Source of the DNA: the human T2T-CHM13v2.0 reference genome, Homo sapiens
Assembly (NCBI RefSeq): GCF_009914755.1
Contig: NC_060943.1
DNA: 64,000 nt
Strand: one strand, 5' to 3'
Numbering within the stretch: position 1 is the stretch's first letter; every line of letters begins with the position of its first letter. Made by a program: the position numbers and the translations under genes. The notes below the pieces were generated by a model. It did not search any database. It was not told where the DNA came from and worked only from the letters and a program-made list of their open reading frames with translations. Shown piece by piece: positions 24,319 to 37,734 of this stretch.

Positions 24319-25319
24319 TCATCATGTTCAGTCGTGAATGCTGTCACTAGTCACTCATGCTGGTTCCCCCCACACTAGGCCATCTCTTTGAGGGCAAGAA
24401 CTGAGTCCAGACTCTCTCCATGGCACCCGGGACAAGACAGAGCAGAGGGTCAACGAAAGAACAAATAATGACGGTTCAAATGTGTTTCTACCTGAAAGAG
24501 TGAATGAATGCATGAAGAAAGTCCCAATCCTTAGTGTCTCCATACATAGGAGACAAAAATAATGCAAAACCTTTTCTATAACATGAAATCAGCTTAAGTT
24601 TCAACGGACATTTGTGCTGTAAATAGTGAGAAAGGGGATCAAGAAAGAAGTAAAAGATCCAGTCACTTTAAAACAGTGACTGGAACAATCCCAAGACAAA
24701 ATCCAAGAAAGACCAGGCTCTCTCCCTCTGACTCATCCAAAGCAGGTTCATAGACTGCACGTGGAAATGGCAATGTGGTTGCTGTGAGAGGTGTGACGGG
24801 ATCCCCCACCCCAGCACCCATGGAACACCAACGGCACTCAGCTGCTGCACATATATGTGTACTTGAGCTTATACATATGGGTCTCTACCCTATTGAGGAT
24901 TTCAGTGGCTTTTTAGCCCGAGGACAAAGTTCCCTCCCCTCACATCATCTCTGCAGGGCCCAGTGCACCATCTGTGAGCAGCTGACAATATCTGCCCTCC
25001 ACACTGCCTCAGGAGCTTGCCAAAAGCTACTCAGAATCAGAAGTGCAGTATTACAGCCAGATGCACTGAGGAAGTGTGCCTCCACTCCTGACATTAGCCT
25101 CTGTGTGCTCACATCAGCCTGGGATACTGGGGGCTCCATGCCCGGGGTAGAAGGAACGCTATAGATGGCCAACTAGTGTTGCACCAACCAGGATCTAAGC
25201 AGGAGTTGCCTCCTCGATTAGGAGTCTGGAGGAAAAGCCAATCATGTTTCTGGATCATACTCTCCAGTTGCAGCTGGAGTTATTGAGACTTAGTGGAATT
25301 TATTTTATTTCTTTGACAA

Positions 25320-25545
25320 ACACTCCCATATTGCATACCAAATACTGTTTTTAACACTTGATAGGTATTAATTCATTAAATTATCATAACAACCCTGTGG
25401 GATAGGTACTATTAGTATCATTTTACATATGGGGAAATGAGGCCCTGCAAATTTCCGTAACTTACCCATGGTCATACAGCTCGTAGGTGGCAGACCCTGG
25501 ATTTGAACCCAGGAAGTCTGTGTTCTTAACATCATATGATACTGT
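25320..25545 (-). mobile_element. MIR
   Basis: cataacaaccctgtgggataggtactatt...cattttacatatggggaaatgagg...ggatttgaacccagg. Confidence 0.85.
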
Positions 25546-26419
25546 CTGTGTAAGTTAAGGGCAAAACATTTTGGGTGCAAGAACTAACACCCAAAAGTTT
25601 ACTGTCTCTCCTCCTCTGCCGCCTCCAAAAGCCTCAGACTAAGCAAGACCATCTTCACTGTTGGTTTGGAACATTCTGAAGCTCATCAGAACACTAAGAA
25701 ACTGTGTTATAGTGAATCAGCACAGAGGCCACATAATGTAGCACCATTTAGCTTTGGAGCAGGCTGCTTTCCCATGGACCTTTCTGAGTCCATGTCTCCT
25801 TGTTAGTACAAGAGAGATATCTACAGTATCCCACAGAGGTGTTTATGGAATTTCACTGAAATAACACATGTGAAGCACACAGGGCAAGGTCAAGGATCTA
25901 GTACATTCTCCAGTAAAACATTTGGGTGCAAGACCTAAGACACAAAAGTCTCTGTGCTGAACTAAATGCTCTTAGCTGATGTGGTTGCCTGCCTCTTACA
26001 AACACAGGTTCTTAACCTGGTAGTCCATGAACCTTACTATGCAGAAGAATAATGAGGAAAGTTTAATAAATGCAGACTCCTCAGTCCCACTATGCAAAAT
26101 TCTGATTCATTAGCTTTCAAAGGAGCCCAGGAATTCATGAGGGATCCCAATACAAGAGTTCTCAGATTCTGAGGCATCCATGACTGCAAAGAACATCACA
26201 AACAACTGCATTCAATTCTCTGAAATTATAAGAAATATCCATTGTTGAAGTAATTGATGACCTTTGGCCTCCTTATAATGAACACAAATGGTAAGGGGGG
26301 TTGGTGACAGAGCGAATGTGGTGGCCCTGCCAACTGTCCATTCTGCTCTCTCTGTAAGGACAGACACTTCCCAGACATCCTCTGCCTTGTAAGGAGCTGG
26401 GTTATCTGTAATAAGAACT

Positions 26420-26630
26420 GATTTTTATTGAGTGCCTACCAGGGGAAAGCCACCCTTCCAATGCTTTCTATACGTTTTGTACCCAGTTCTCTGACTAAAA
26501 TTACTATCTTATTTTATAGATGAGAGAAATGAGGCTTTAAGGGTTGCCAAAGTCACCTAATAAAGTTAGAATTTCTGCTCTGTCACCAAACACCTATTCA
26601 AAGCCTAACGCCTTCCATTACTATTCCACT
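26420..26630 (-). mobile_element. MIR fragment
   Basis: tttattgagtgcctac...attttatagatgagagaaatgaggct. Confidence 0.65.
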
Positions 26631-26654
26631 AGGAATTAAAATTGGTGCATAAGG

Positions 26655-27172
26655 CACGGTATGTTTATTGCAGTACTATTCACAATAGCAAAGACTTGGA
26701 ACCAACCCAAATGTCCATCAATGATAGACTGGATTAAGAAAATGTGGCACATATACACCATGGAATTCTATGCAGCCATAAAAAAGGATGAGTTCATGTC
26801 CTTTGTAGGGACATGGATGAAGTTGGAAACCATCATTCTCAGCAAACTATTGCAAGGACAAAAAACCAAACACCGCGTGTTCTCACTCATAGGTGGGAAT
26901 TGAACAATGAGAACACATGGACACAGGAAGGGGAACATCACACACTGGGGCCTGTTGTGGGGTGGGGGGAGGGGGGAGGGATAGCATTAGGAGATATACC
27001 TAATGTAAATAACAAGTTAATGGGTGCAGTACACCAACATGGCACATGTATACATATGTAACAAACCTGCACGTTGTGCACATGTACCCTAGAACTTAAA
27101 GTACAATAAATATAAATAAATAAACAAAAATAAAAATAAAGTCATTCAGAGTGATAAATAAATAAATAAATA
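26655..27172 (+). mobile_element. L1PA4/5-type 5'-truncated insertion with TSD and a double A-tail
   Basis: ORF 26661..26903 is the intact L1 ORF2 C-terminus (…FSLIGGN*); canonical G-rich 3' UTR; TSD aaaa(t/c)tggtgcat(a/g)agg at 26638-26654 and 27173-27189. Confidence 0.95.
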
Positions 27173-27339
27173 AAAACTGGTGCATGAGGATCCAAAATTT
27201 CTAGCCATGCTACATATCTATGAGACATGACCTTCAAATGACCTGATATGGACTGTTGACATAAATATCAGTTATAGTCTCAAAGGCCCCATAATAACTT
27301 AGGTTTTTGCATAAATGAAGGAACATGACATATAATAAA

Positions 27340-27790
27340 GGGTGTATATACAGAGTCTATTAATGTGTTTAGTTTTTAACAAATATATATAAGAGTAGAT
27401 AACAAATGAATGTTGTCTTTCAAGAATGCCACCTTGTAAATCTGTGCACTTTTTTCCAGCGATATGGCCTTTGTGCATAATATTCTTGGACCTCTTCTTT
27501 TAACATAGCTTCCAGACCTGCTTTTTAACCTCACGAAGAAACCAAAACGTTATTTTAGAGTTGATTTATCTGTTAGATTAAACATTGTATTATCCAGTTT
27601 GAATGCTCTTTGAACACATTTTGAATACTTCCCAATATTATCCCCTCTCAAAAGATGCATATTTATCTCCCTGAGGAAGAGCCAAAAAAAATGGCTTGTA
27701 GACAATCATGGTACTTCCCAAATTCAATGCAAAAATTTTTGTGAACAAAGATCATATGCTGGCTGGAAAACTCTGGACTACACATTACAT
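27340..27790 (+). mobile_element. Ancient Tc1/mariner relic (MARNA-like)
   Basis: ttcaagaatgccaccttgtaaatctgtgcacttttttccagcgat...ttcttggacctcttctttt resembles the MARNA consensus as recalled. Confidence 0.5.
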
Positions 27791-30700
27791 AAAACCCAAC
27801 CCATGTGACTTAAACAGTAAAAGAAATACTGTCTTATGTGGCAAGAGAATGGAGTAGGGAAATTGAGGCCTTTGGATGCACAGAAGTGATCAAGGACAAT
27901 TTTGGATATTAAGTTCCTGGGGAGTTTCTATTAAAATCAGCCAAATTACTTTATGGTCACAGTACAAAGAAGTCTCAGTAATCATAGAAATGAAAGACAC
28001 TAATTCAGTCAGAATTATAAAGTTATAAAGAATAGAAACTAACTCTGGCCAATTTAGGTAGGAAAATAAAAATCTACTGGAAGAACATGGCAGAGCTCCC
28101 AAAAATGAAAGCTGAAAATCCAGGAACAAAAACGGACAAGCACCGGAGTAGTCCAACATTTCTGCAGAGGAATCTGATTGGCTGAGCTTCTACTCGAAGC
28201 CTGCTCATTGGCCAGGGGAGGGCTGTGCACCCTGATTAATAGCCCCACCAAAATGGTCCTCAAGGGTGACCAAATGATTCCTCGTAAGGAAGATGTCATA
28301 TCGCGGCAGAGAGGGACTTGGAGGCCAGGAGGCCCCACACAACAAATACTCAGTACAAGTGCCAAGAAGCCTCATCAAGGCAGATCTTGCAGACACTGAC
28401 TTAGCAGATCTAATCTTGGGGCTTGCAAAGATGACAATGTCAGCGCTGACTGTCAATCTTCAGGAAACCTTGTGTGATGGCTGCTGTCAGCACCCAAGTC
28501 ACTCCCCCATTCCCCTCGCAAAGCCAGTGCATCTACACCATCACTCACAGCCGGCCACTTCTTTGGAGAGCTGTTCTTGTTCAGTAGGATTCACCTTACC
28601 CAGAAATTCCTGAGCAGATATCCTCTGTCCCTGGGTGTGTTTATCTGCATTATGTGGAAAAACAGAAGCAAAAAGACCTTTTAAACATTTGCTCCCAATG
28701 AAGAAGAAAATAGCCTATCATTTTATTTAACAATAAATGAAGTAAAAAAAAATATTTACAACCCCATAGAGATGTTTTTGCATTCTAAATTACATGAAAG
28801 AGGCCAAAAGTTAACATTTTGACCTATTTGTCCAGCACTAAGTGGAGTAATCAGGTAACCACCACTTCAGGAGCCTGCCCAGAAGGTGGTCGCACAGAAC
28901 TAATCACATAACCACAGCAGCCTGTGTACATCTCACCCCAACTCTGACCATTTGAATAAGATCAGAAGAAAGTAATTATAGGATTCACTTTAATGTCAAG
29001 CAACAAAGAGAACTATATAAACTTGGAAAATCGACCTTCAAGATATAGTCATTTTTATTTTTAAAAAAAGCTTAAGAAAAGACACAAATAATTGGCTCAT
29101 TTTTATGAGATTGAACTTCAAGGACAGACATTTTTTGGAAGTAAAAGTCGTCTAGCAGCATTACCTGGTGCCTGACCCATAGCATCCCGAAAGTGCCAAG
29201 CATGTTGGCACACACTGGGAGAGCCTCGTTTCTAGTTCCCCAAGAAACCAACAGGGTCCCCACTTCCACTCTCTCTCTTCAGGGTAAAAATGTAACCACT
29301 TTGGCAATCAAAAAAAATTCTGAATTATCCACTTGGCTCATTGAAGATATTAATTTTCTGGAGGAAAAATAATTCCCAACACTTACTACAATGATAAAGA
29401 AGACTGTTGTTTCAGCTGGAATGGATTCCGTAAAAGCTTGATGTTTCTGACTTGGCTAATGGAGTGAGAGGGCACGGGTTCTGTCTGCGGGTAACGCAAA
29501 TCAGTGCCGCCACCATCATTCAGTGGGTGTCAGAGCTGGCCAGTGCGGTCCCCGAAGGCTGCTTGCCAATGCTGGGAATAAATGATTTCCCCTCTTTATT
29601 TGCTATGTCAAGGAATGATAATGGAGCACATTCCATGACCATTTGTCACGGAAGCGCAGTCCCCTCCATGGGGAATGTGTGGGAGTAGCAAGGACCTAGT
29701 GTTTTCAATTAATCAGGGCCAGGATTACTCACGCAGGAAATGAAAGAGAAAATTTAATACTTGGAAATCGGGTGAAAGCAGCAACCAAGTCTAATTAAAA
29801 TACACTTTCTGCTTCGAATTTACATGGCAGGATCCATTTTATGAGTCACCTTTATTCTTGTTGCATTTCTCTTGCCCCTGGGAACTGCCTTAGGCAAAAG
29901 CACCCAGGAGTTTACACCTGTGCAGGTGGTTTCTTTCCAATGACCTCACGTGAAGGCAAGACTGGTCAAAGCAGATGGGTTGTGTGGCCATGTTCTTCCT
30001 CCTGGGTTTTGGCATGGCCTTGAATTATTCCTCCTTGCCCTAGACTGTACCCAATGGTCATGTATGTCGAGCACAGCTCCTTATTCCCAATTGCAGCACC
30101 TAGAATTCTGCTATTGGCTTCAAGGTGCAAGCCCGACAAAGCCCTTTGGCTGGCGCACAGCTCTGTGTGTAATTAATGGGTGATTTGTAGCAGGCTTGTG
30201 CCTCGAATGCATTGTTTCTCTCATTTTCCTTTCTGGTGGGGGTTGAAGCAGCCCCGGGGGACTGCAGCACTGTCATGCCACAGCAAAGAGGCTCCTACCA
30301 AAAGGCAAACTAATATACACTGTGTAGTCCTGAGCAAACTAAGCACAGACAGGATTTGTTGTGGCTAATTAGTTTTATCACTTCACAAAAACCTAGGTTC
30401 CTAGTTTCCAGAGAAAAAATTACAATTGCAAATGAAGAGGCACCGCTGAAGAAGAAGGTCTTCAGCACAAAAGTAACCACAGACCCCCACAGCATCTCCC
30501 CTGCAGTTTGAGCCCTGCCAGGGATCAGCTCTAGGGGTTTGGAAGCCCTGTTGTCTCCCTAGGTGTGGATGACACACACACATCCACTAGCATCTGTTTC
30601 TCTGTTAGTTCACAAAAGATGTGTTCAGGGGTCAGATCTTTACACACACCTGCACCCGATAACATGATGTATCCTGGCAGATTCGCAAAAGTCTCACAAT

Positions 30701-33193
30701 GCCATGAGTATCCATGAATCAGTGCAAATGGAAGACCTCAGCTTTGAGAAGGCCGCAGGAATTTCAGTCAGTCACAAACCAAGGCTGGGGTCAGGGTCAT
30801 TTCCAGTGGGACCAATGAAGGTCCTGTACTTAAGGGGTGAAGAAAGACAAACAAGAAGGAAAGAAGAGGCTCCCTTTGAGTTGCTGAGTAAAATCAGAAA
30901 TTAAAAAATACTCTGACTGTAGGTACATGGAGTACATAAAGTTGAATAACTAGTTTAAAATGAGCTTTACTTTTCAACTGATGGTCTTAATATCTTTTAG
31001 ACTCAACCACGACTGTGAAGCGAAGGAAGAAAGGAGTGAATAGTACAGAATCTGTGTCGATACATGGATATAGATCCAGATCTATGCATAGATGTCTATA
31101 TATCTAAATGTATGTAGATATATCCATTTCCATCCCTATATATCTGTGTGATACCACTTCTCAATTAAAACTACTCTTGCTGCTGCCAGACACATCTCCC
31201 TTAATGACACCTGCATTGGAGAATGTATAGGCACTGTCGAATGCTCAAATGTGAGCTCATTACCACATTGGGTTCTAGTTTAAAATGAGTCATTGTCACT
31301 ATTTCTCTGCAAGTCTTAAGAGTAGCTCCTTTTTTGTTCGTTCTGACTTAGCCCCAACCCAGTTTCACCCCTGGTTTTAAGTGATAATATTAAACCCTTG
31401 GCCCATGCCTTTGCTCCTGCGAAGACTCACATGCTAAAGACTGCAGTTCTCACAACCCAGCAGAAAGGGGAGTCTAGGCCTGCCCTGACTGAATCCGGGA
31501 ACAACTGGCTGGGTGGAGAAGATCAGCCAGGGGCCTGCAAGTCTCCATGCCTGATAGAAAGAGCTGCATAGACCAGGCTCTGCTCTCCGTACAGAAAATG
31601 CTTCATTATTTATCTGGATGTAGAAAGGTGGGAAATAGAGATGTTGGCACTCAGCATCCCCACATATGGGAAAATGCCACGACCTTGCATGTGACCTTCA
31701 CCTTGTCACCTGTCCTCCCCAGGCAAAAAGCAACTATCTTATTGCCCTTTTTGTGATTAGAAGCACCTCTTCCAGCACAAGATTGCATAGGCTGCCTGTG
31801 CCCATCACCAAAAGTCTCAGACCTAACTATTTCCCAAAGCAAAAGACTCATGGCCCTTCCCTGTCCCCTGCTGCTGAGCTCCTAGGCCTAGTCCCCCGTG
31901 GCTGCTGTGTCCTAACGCCTTTGGAACCATTGTCTCCTTGGCCTGTTTGCTCCACCCAGAGAGAGGGTCAGGGTGGTGACCTCCCCAGGATGTGTCTGCA
32001 GGGTGCAGACTCTCAGGGCTGAGCTCTGGGATTCATCCCCAACCTCTACCAAATCCTGCCTGCTCCTAGAGCAGTGGAGAGGCAGAGTGGATGAGCTGTA
32101 CCAGAATTTGCCCTTGGCCTGTATCTCAGAAAACTCCCCATGAAATAATACATTTTAGAGGGAAGAAGAAAGACCATATACTTAGAGATAGGAGATTAAA
32201 TCTGACTATGGTAAAAAATGTTTGAAAAATTCGTTATCTCTGTTTGTTCACAACACTCACTCCAGTTACACCCGTCACCCCAGAGCAGCAGACTTTTGCC
32301 TTCTTAACTTGTCAGAGCCAGTGCCCAGTTCTCCTGGGGCGTTTTAGATGCTGATCTCAAGCTCGCCAGGTGGTGTGAGTGGGCAGCCAGGTCTCTCATC
32401 CACATGAGTGATCTCAGCATCTGTTCTGCCTGTGCCATGAAGCTCCGCAGGGGCCCTTCCAACCCTGGGAATGTGTTGCCAACAAGATCCCTTCTGTCCC
32501 TGTCAGGCAGAGGTGGCAGAGCACTCTTTGGCAGTAAGCTTTGTACCCGAACCATTTCTTTTTTCACAGTCTTTAGATAAGGCAGTTTGAGTTCATTTCA
32601 ATAGCTGGTACTTCCCGGGTTCTGCCAACTGCCTGTGTGCTGTGAGGAGAGGAGAGAGCTTTTGTGAAATTAAGATGAATTTCCTCCATGGTTTCACCTT
32701 TGTTTACACATTAATAATACACTCCCCACACCTGACCGCACGGGCTGCATTGCAGCCTTCACTACTGCTGGCAGCTGTGCCACTGTCCGCTCCATCCACA
32801 GCCACGTCTCACGTCTTGCCTTTGCAGGATGCCCCCAACTTCCCCCAAGCACTGCCTCCACATGCTGTCCCTTAGAAAGCGGCTTCCTGAGGGCTGGTGT
32901 TTCCCAGAAGCCTCTCTCTCTGGCTTTGCAATTTCCCTCTTCCTGCAAGCAGGTTTCATCTCTCAGACTGAGATGCATGGCAGCCCTCGCCAGCCTGGAG
33001 CCCTTCCCAGGGTCACTTCACTCACCTGGACCCCTTCTAGAGAGCCCCATGGTAACTGGTTATCTCCACACATTCACCTCCAGGGGTGGGGCCTGCGTCT
33101 TGGAACACGCTGAGCGTATCTAGTAATGACAAGGGAGAGTGGAACCATGGGGGATGTAGGTGGAACCATGACTTATGAGGTATTATAGCTATT

Positions 33194-33327
33194 ACATACA
33201 CACAAACATGCATGACCATGCACATGCAACCCCCCCACACACACAGAAACACACACACCACAGAAACACACGCACAGAGAAAGACACACACACACCACAG
33301 AAACACACACACCACAGAAACTCACGC
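33194..33327. repeat. CA-rich low-complexity/degenerate tandem repeat (cacacaccacagaaa)
   Basis: Directly visible. Confidence 0.85.
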
Positions 33328-33339
33328 AGATCCCACTGA

Positions 33340-33673
<334 letters not shown>

Positions 33674-34009
33674 AGGAAATGTTGCTTTTGTGATAAGAAT
33701 TTGGCATTGCTCGGCTCTGCCTGGTCTCTCTATAAGAGATGTATGTCTACACTCAGGAATCAACCTGGTGCTCATTTTTAGCCAGGTAGGTTAAAAAAAT
33801 AGTAGACCTTCCCCATGCATATTTTTATGTCTTCATTGATCTACAATGATTGCACATATTTCTGGGGAACATGTGCGATTTTGATAATGCTTCCTGTGTG
33901 TGTTTGTATTGTTTCACTCATGTGCCTTCTAGGTCACCCCTTTTCCAACCATTCACAATCTGGCAGCTCTTCTATTATTTGGTTAATGTAAAGAAAAATA
34001 ATAGTAACA

Positions 34010-34575
34010 CTACATTGACATTTTGAAAATAGAAAAATGAGTGGTTGGCTTTTTGCTCTAGAACTCTGCTTCGAGGGGCTGTGTAAGCAAACAGGATGGT
34101 CTCCCCAGATCATAGGAATTTAGTCAACGTGAGCCCTCAGCCTGGCGCACAGCCTCCTGCCCTGCAGCCTGTTTCTCTTAAGCTCTGTGTGGAATGTGGT
34201 CTTCTCCTTGGTTAAAACCAGCTCCTGACCGAGCCTGGTAATTTATAGTGAGCTTTCCTCATGACCATGCTGAAGTGTCAATCCCAGGAGGAGCCACAGC
34301 TTCATCACCATAACACGCGACCCATGTGCTGGCAGGGACTCACTGCATCTGCACCACTGGGACCCCTCCTCTCCATGCAATGGCGCACCCTATCCCCCTC
34401 CATCACCTCATAAAACCCTCCCTTCCCTTTCCCACACTGCTTTGGAGAATATGCCCGTGTCCTCCTTACATGTGCCAAGTAATAAAACTCCTGTTAATCA
34501 ACACCTGCCTTCTCTGCCTTCTCGTGGAGAGTCGCTTGTCTCTCACCAGGTAGACAGATTCTGGTTATTTTTGGG
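34010..34575 (+). mobile_element. ERVL-class LTR (MER74-like); boundaries approximate
   Basis: ccataacacgcgacccatgtgctggc..gactcactgcatctgcaccactgggacccctcctct...cataaaaccctcc, with AATAAA at about 34481. Confidence 0.6.
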
Positions 34576-34959
34576 AAACAGCTGGCCCATATCCAGATCC
34601 CCCAGAGAAGAGGAGCTGAGAACATTTCTGTTCAGGGCTCACTGGGCCCTCTCCTCACCTCCAGGACTAGGCAATGACCATCTGGGTGCTAGAAGGAAGT
34701 GCTTCTACAAACTTGCTCCAGCCAGATAAAAGAGAACAAGCCCTTCATTTGCTCACTTCCTTTGCAAGCAGAGTGTTGCTCTGCAGTGTGCTCCTGAGAG
34801 GAAAAAACTGCCCTGTTGGTTCAGGTCAGTCAAGCCAAGCTCAGTCACAGAATAAGCAGGCGCAGTGGGGGCAGAAGGTAGGGAGGGCATGGGGAATGTG
34901 GTACCACTGGGGCGGAGAGCAAAGCAATGGGGAGTCAGTCTCCCACATGTGTCTTCTAT

Positions 34960-35190
34960 CAGTTTATTTATTCACTCAACAGACATTTATTGAGGACCAA
35001 CCATGTGCAGGACTGATCTGAGTCCTGGGGTAGAGGCGTAAGTAAGACAGATGAGGTGCCTGGTCTTAAGGGGTTTGTATTCAAGTGGGAGCCAGGGAAC
35101 AAGAGACATACAATAAAGATGTAAGTAACTAAGTTATTTTCAGATAACCACTAGTCCTGGGAAGATAATTAAAAGGCAGTGGGAGGGAGG
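34960..35190 (-). mobile_element. L2 3' end (continues at about 36285-36390 beyond the LTR)
   Basis: tttatttattcactcaacagacatttattgag..ccatgtgcagg is the antisense L2 tail. Confidence 0.75.
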
Positions 35191-35197
35191 GTAATAA

Positions 35198-36268
35198 TGT
35201 TTTAGAACCCAACTGGGGAGTACTAGCTTGGTGCAATAAAACCAGATACCCACAAGGAGGTTTTTCAGCAATAGAAAGAAAAGCTTTTATTGCAGTTGCC
35301 AAGCAAAGAGGACCAGGCAGCTATTGCTCAGATCCTGACCTTCCCAATGGCTTGCAGGAAAGGATTTTTAAAGGCAGGGGTAAATTACAGGAAAACAGAA
35401 GCCACAGGCAAAATCATCAATCAATACCTGGAGGTTACACATTGGTTTAGACCTAAAAGGGTGTGATATCTTGAAGTGGGGACTTACAGGTTATAAGCAA
35501 ATTCAAAAACTTTGCAATTTGCAATTGGTGATAAAAGAGCAGCTTTATTTAAAAATCTGGGGTAAGTAGAAAAAATGTCCTTTTTTTGAGATAGTGTCTC
35601 ACTCTGTCATCCAGGCTGGAGTGCAGTGGCATGACCATAGCTCACTGCAGCCTCCTGCCTCAGCCTCTTGAGCAGCTGGGACTACAGGCGTGCACCCCAG
35701 TGCCTAACCAATTTTTTAATGTTTTTTTTTAAATAGTGAGATGGAATGTCACTATGTTGCCCAGCTGATCTCAAGCTCCTGGCCTCAAACAATCATCCCA
35801 CCTTGGCCTCCCAAAGTGCTAGAATTACAGGCATAGCTACCTTACCAGGCAGGAAAAGAATGTCAACTGGCTAGGGTGAGTGACTTTCTCCAAGACCCCC
35901 AGGAAGAAATTTATAACAAAAGATGATGGTTAAAGTTCAGTCTTCACTTCCCACTTACCTGAGGTCTGCATATTGGCTGATCCCTTCAGTGTGGGTCCCC
36001 AGTGGGGGTCTGAGTTTCTGAAAGACAACTCAGAAGTACAGGTTAAGATGTTCTCCTTGGATTCTTTAGGAAAAACAAACATCCCTAGGACTCTAATTTC
36101 CTCAGGTGTCCTTTAGGCTACTATTGCCTTCTTTTTTAATAAGTTACTTATTGACTTCTGGAGCTAGCTAGGTGCCTGGAACTTCCCTTGAAGGCAATCA
36201 TGATTCTCCTTGATTTCCATGTTTGGGGTCTGCAGGCCCCTAATAAAGGGGGCTCCTGCTCCATCTCA
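35198..36268 (-). mobile_element. Solo LTR, ERV1 MER4-group, interrupted by an Alu
   Basis: TG...CA termini; the minus strand starts tgagatggagcaggagccccc...ttccaggcacctagctagc; TSD ATAA/ATAG. Confidence 0.75.
35581..35850 (-). mobile_element. AluJ inserted in the LTR
   Basis: Antisense Alu with catagctcactgcagcc; flanks aaaaaatgtc/aaagaatgtc. Confidence 0.9.
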
Positions 36269-36400
36269 ATAGGGAAAGAGAAACTAGATCAGGTCCTCAG
36301 GGAAGACCTTGGCATTGAGACCTGAATGAGAGGAGAGACCCAGGTAAGTGAAGTAAGAACATTCCAGGAAGAAACAAAAGCAAGGATAAAATCCTTGAGT

Positions 36401-37222
36401 TGAATGAATACACATTTCTCAAAATAAGACACACAGAAAGCCACCAGACAGATGAAAAAATGCTCAACATCACTAATCAGGGAAATACAAATTAGAACCA
36501 CAATGAGGCACCACTTTATCCTAGTCAGAACGGCTATTTTTTAAAAGTCAAAAAGCAATAGATGTTGGTGTGGATGTAGTGAAAATGGAACGCTTATACG
36601 CAGCTGGTGGGATTGTAAATTAGCACAACCTCTGTGGAAAAAGATGTGGATATTTGTCAAAGAACTAAAAGTAGATCTACCATTCTACCCAGAAATTCCA
36701 CTACTGGGTATCTACCTCCCAAAAACAGTCACTAAATCAAAAAAACACTTGCATGCATATGTTTATTACAGCACAATTCACAATTGCAAAGACATAGAAT
36801 CAACCTAAGTGCCCATCAACTGATAGGCCAACACACAATCATGAAATACTACTCAGCCATAAAAAGGAACAAAATAATGTCTTTTGCAACAACTTAGATG
36901 GAGCTGGAGGCCATTATGCTAAGTGAAGTAAGTCAGGAATGGAAAACCAAATATTGAACATTCTCACTTATAAGTGGGAGCTAAGCTATGGGTACGCAAA
37001 GACATACAGAGTAATATAATGAAGTGTGGAGATTCAAAAGCAGGAGGGTGGGAGGAAGGTGAGAGAAAATAAACTACTTATTGAGTACAATGTACACTAC
37101 TTAGGTGACGGGCGCACTAAAATCTCCGTCTTCACCACTGTACAATTCATCTGTGTAATCAAAAACAACTTGTACCCCCAAAGCCATTGAAATTTTACAA
37201 AATAGAAATAAAAAATTTAAAA
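36401..37222 (+). mobile_element. L1PB-type 3' 0.8 kb fragment
   Basis: atgctcaacatcactaatcagggaaat...ctaagctatgggtacgcaaag...cccccaaagccattgaaat. Confidence 0.9.
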
Positions 37223-37734
37223 GATCTTTAAGTCAAGAATATTTATGAGGATAAATACTTTTGCCCAAACCCATTGAACCCAAATGCCACCTTATTCAGG
37301 AGGTCTGTTGGGGCCATTGCACACCCCTTCCTCAGAGCCCTTGAGCCAGGAGCTGCTGGGTCTGGCTGTCTCCTTCACCTCCTTTAGGAGGTGACTACAT
37401 CTTATTCAGCTCTGCCTCTTCCAGGCCACCAGGTTCAATTGATACCAGCTGTTCAACAGAGACTGAGTGAATGGGCCAATGACAATATCGGACTGGAGTG
37501 ACATGTCTGTACCGAATTGAGAATTATGACAATTTTAACATTGCAGCATTCTCCCACTTGGAGTTTAATTTGAGGTTGTATTTTTTCTTAGTAATCAACT
37601 GTGAGGTAAAAATCAACTGTTTTTGGAGAGTTCTCTGCACTTTAGGGGACAATAATACAGACAGCTGTATGTCGTAGCTTACGGCAGTGTTACCTCAGTC
37701 TCATTGACATAAACTGATGGGCTGTCTGATGCTA

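Noticed and set aside
26661-26903. Intact 80-aa ORF
   Set aside because: C-terminus of L1 ORF2 in a 5'-truncated, promoterless copy; the ORFs at 11102, 12712 and 18430 are the same kind.
31050-31150. Palindromic TAGA/TATA stretch (atctatgcatagat)
   Set aside because: Self-complementary low-complexity sequence where palindromes are expected.
32304-32567. 87-aa minus-strand ORF in unique sequence
   Set aside because: Non-ATG start and no similarity to any protein I recognise.
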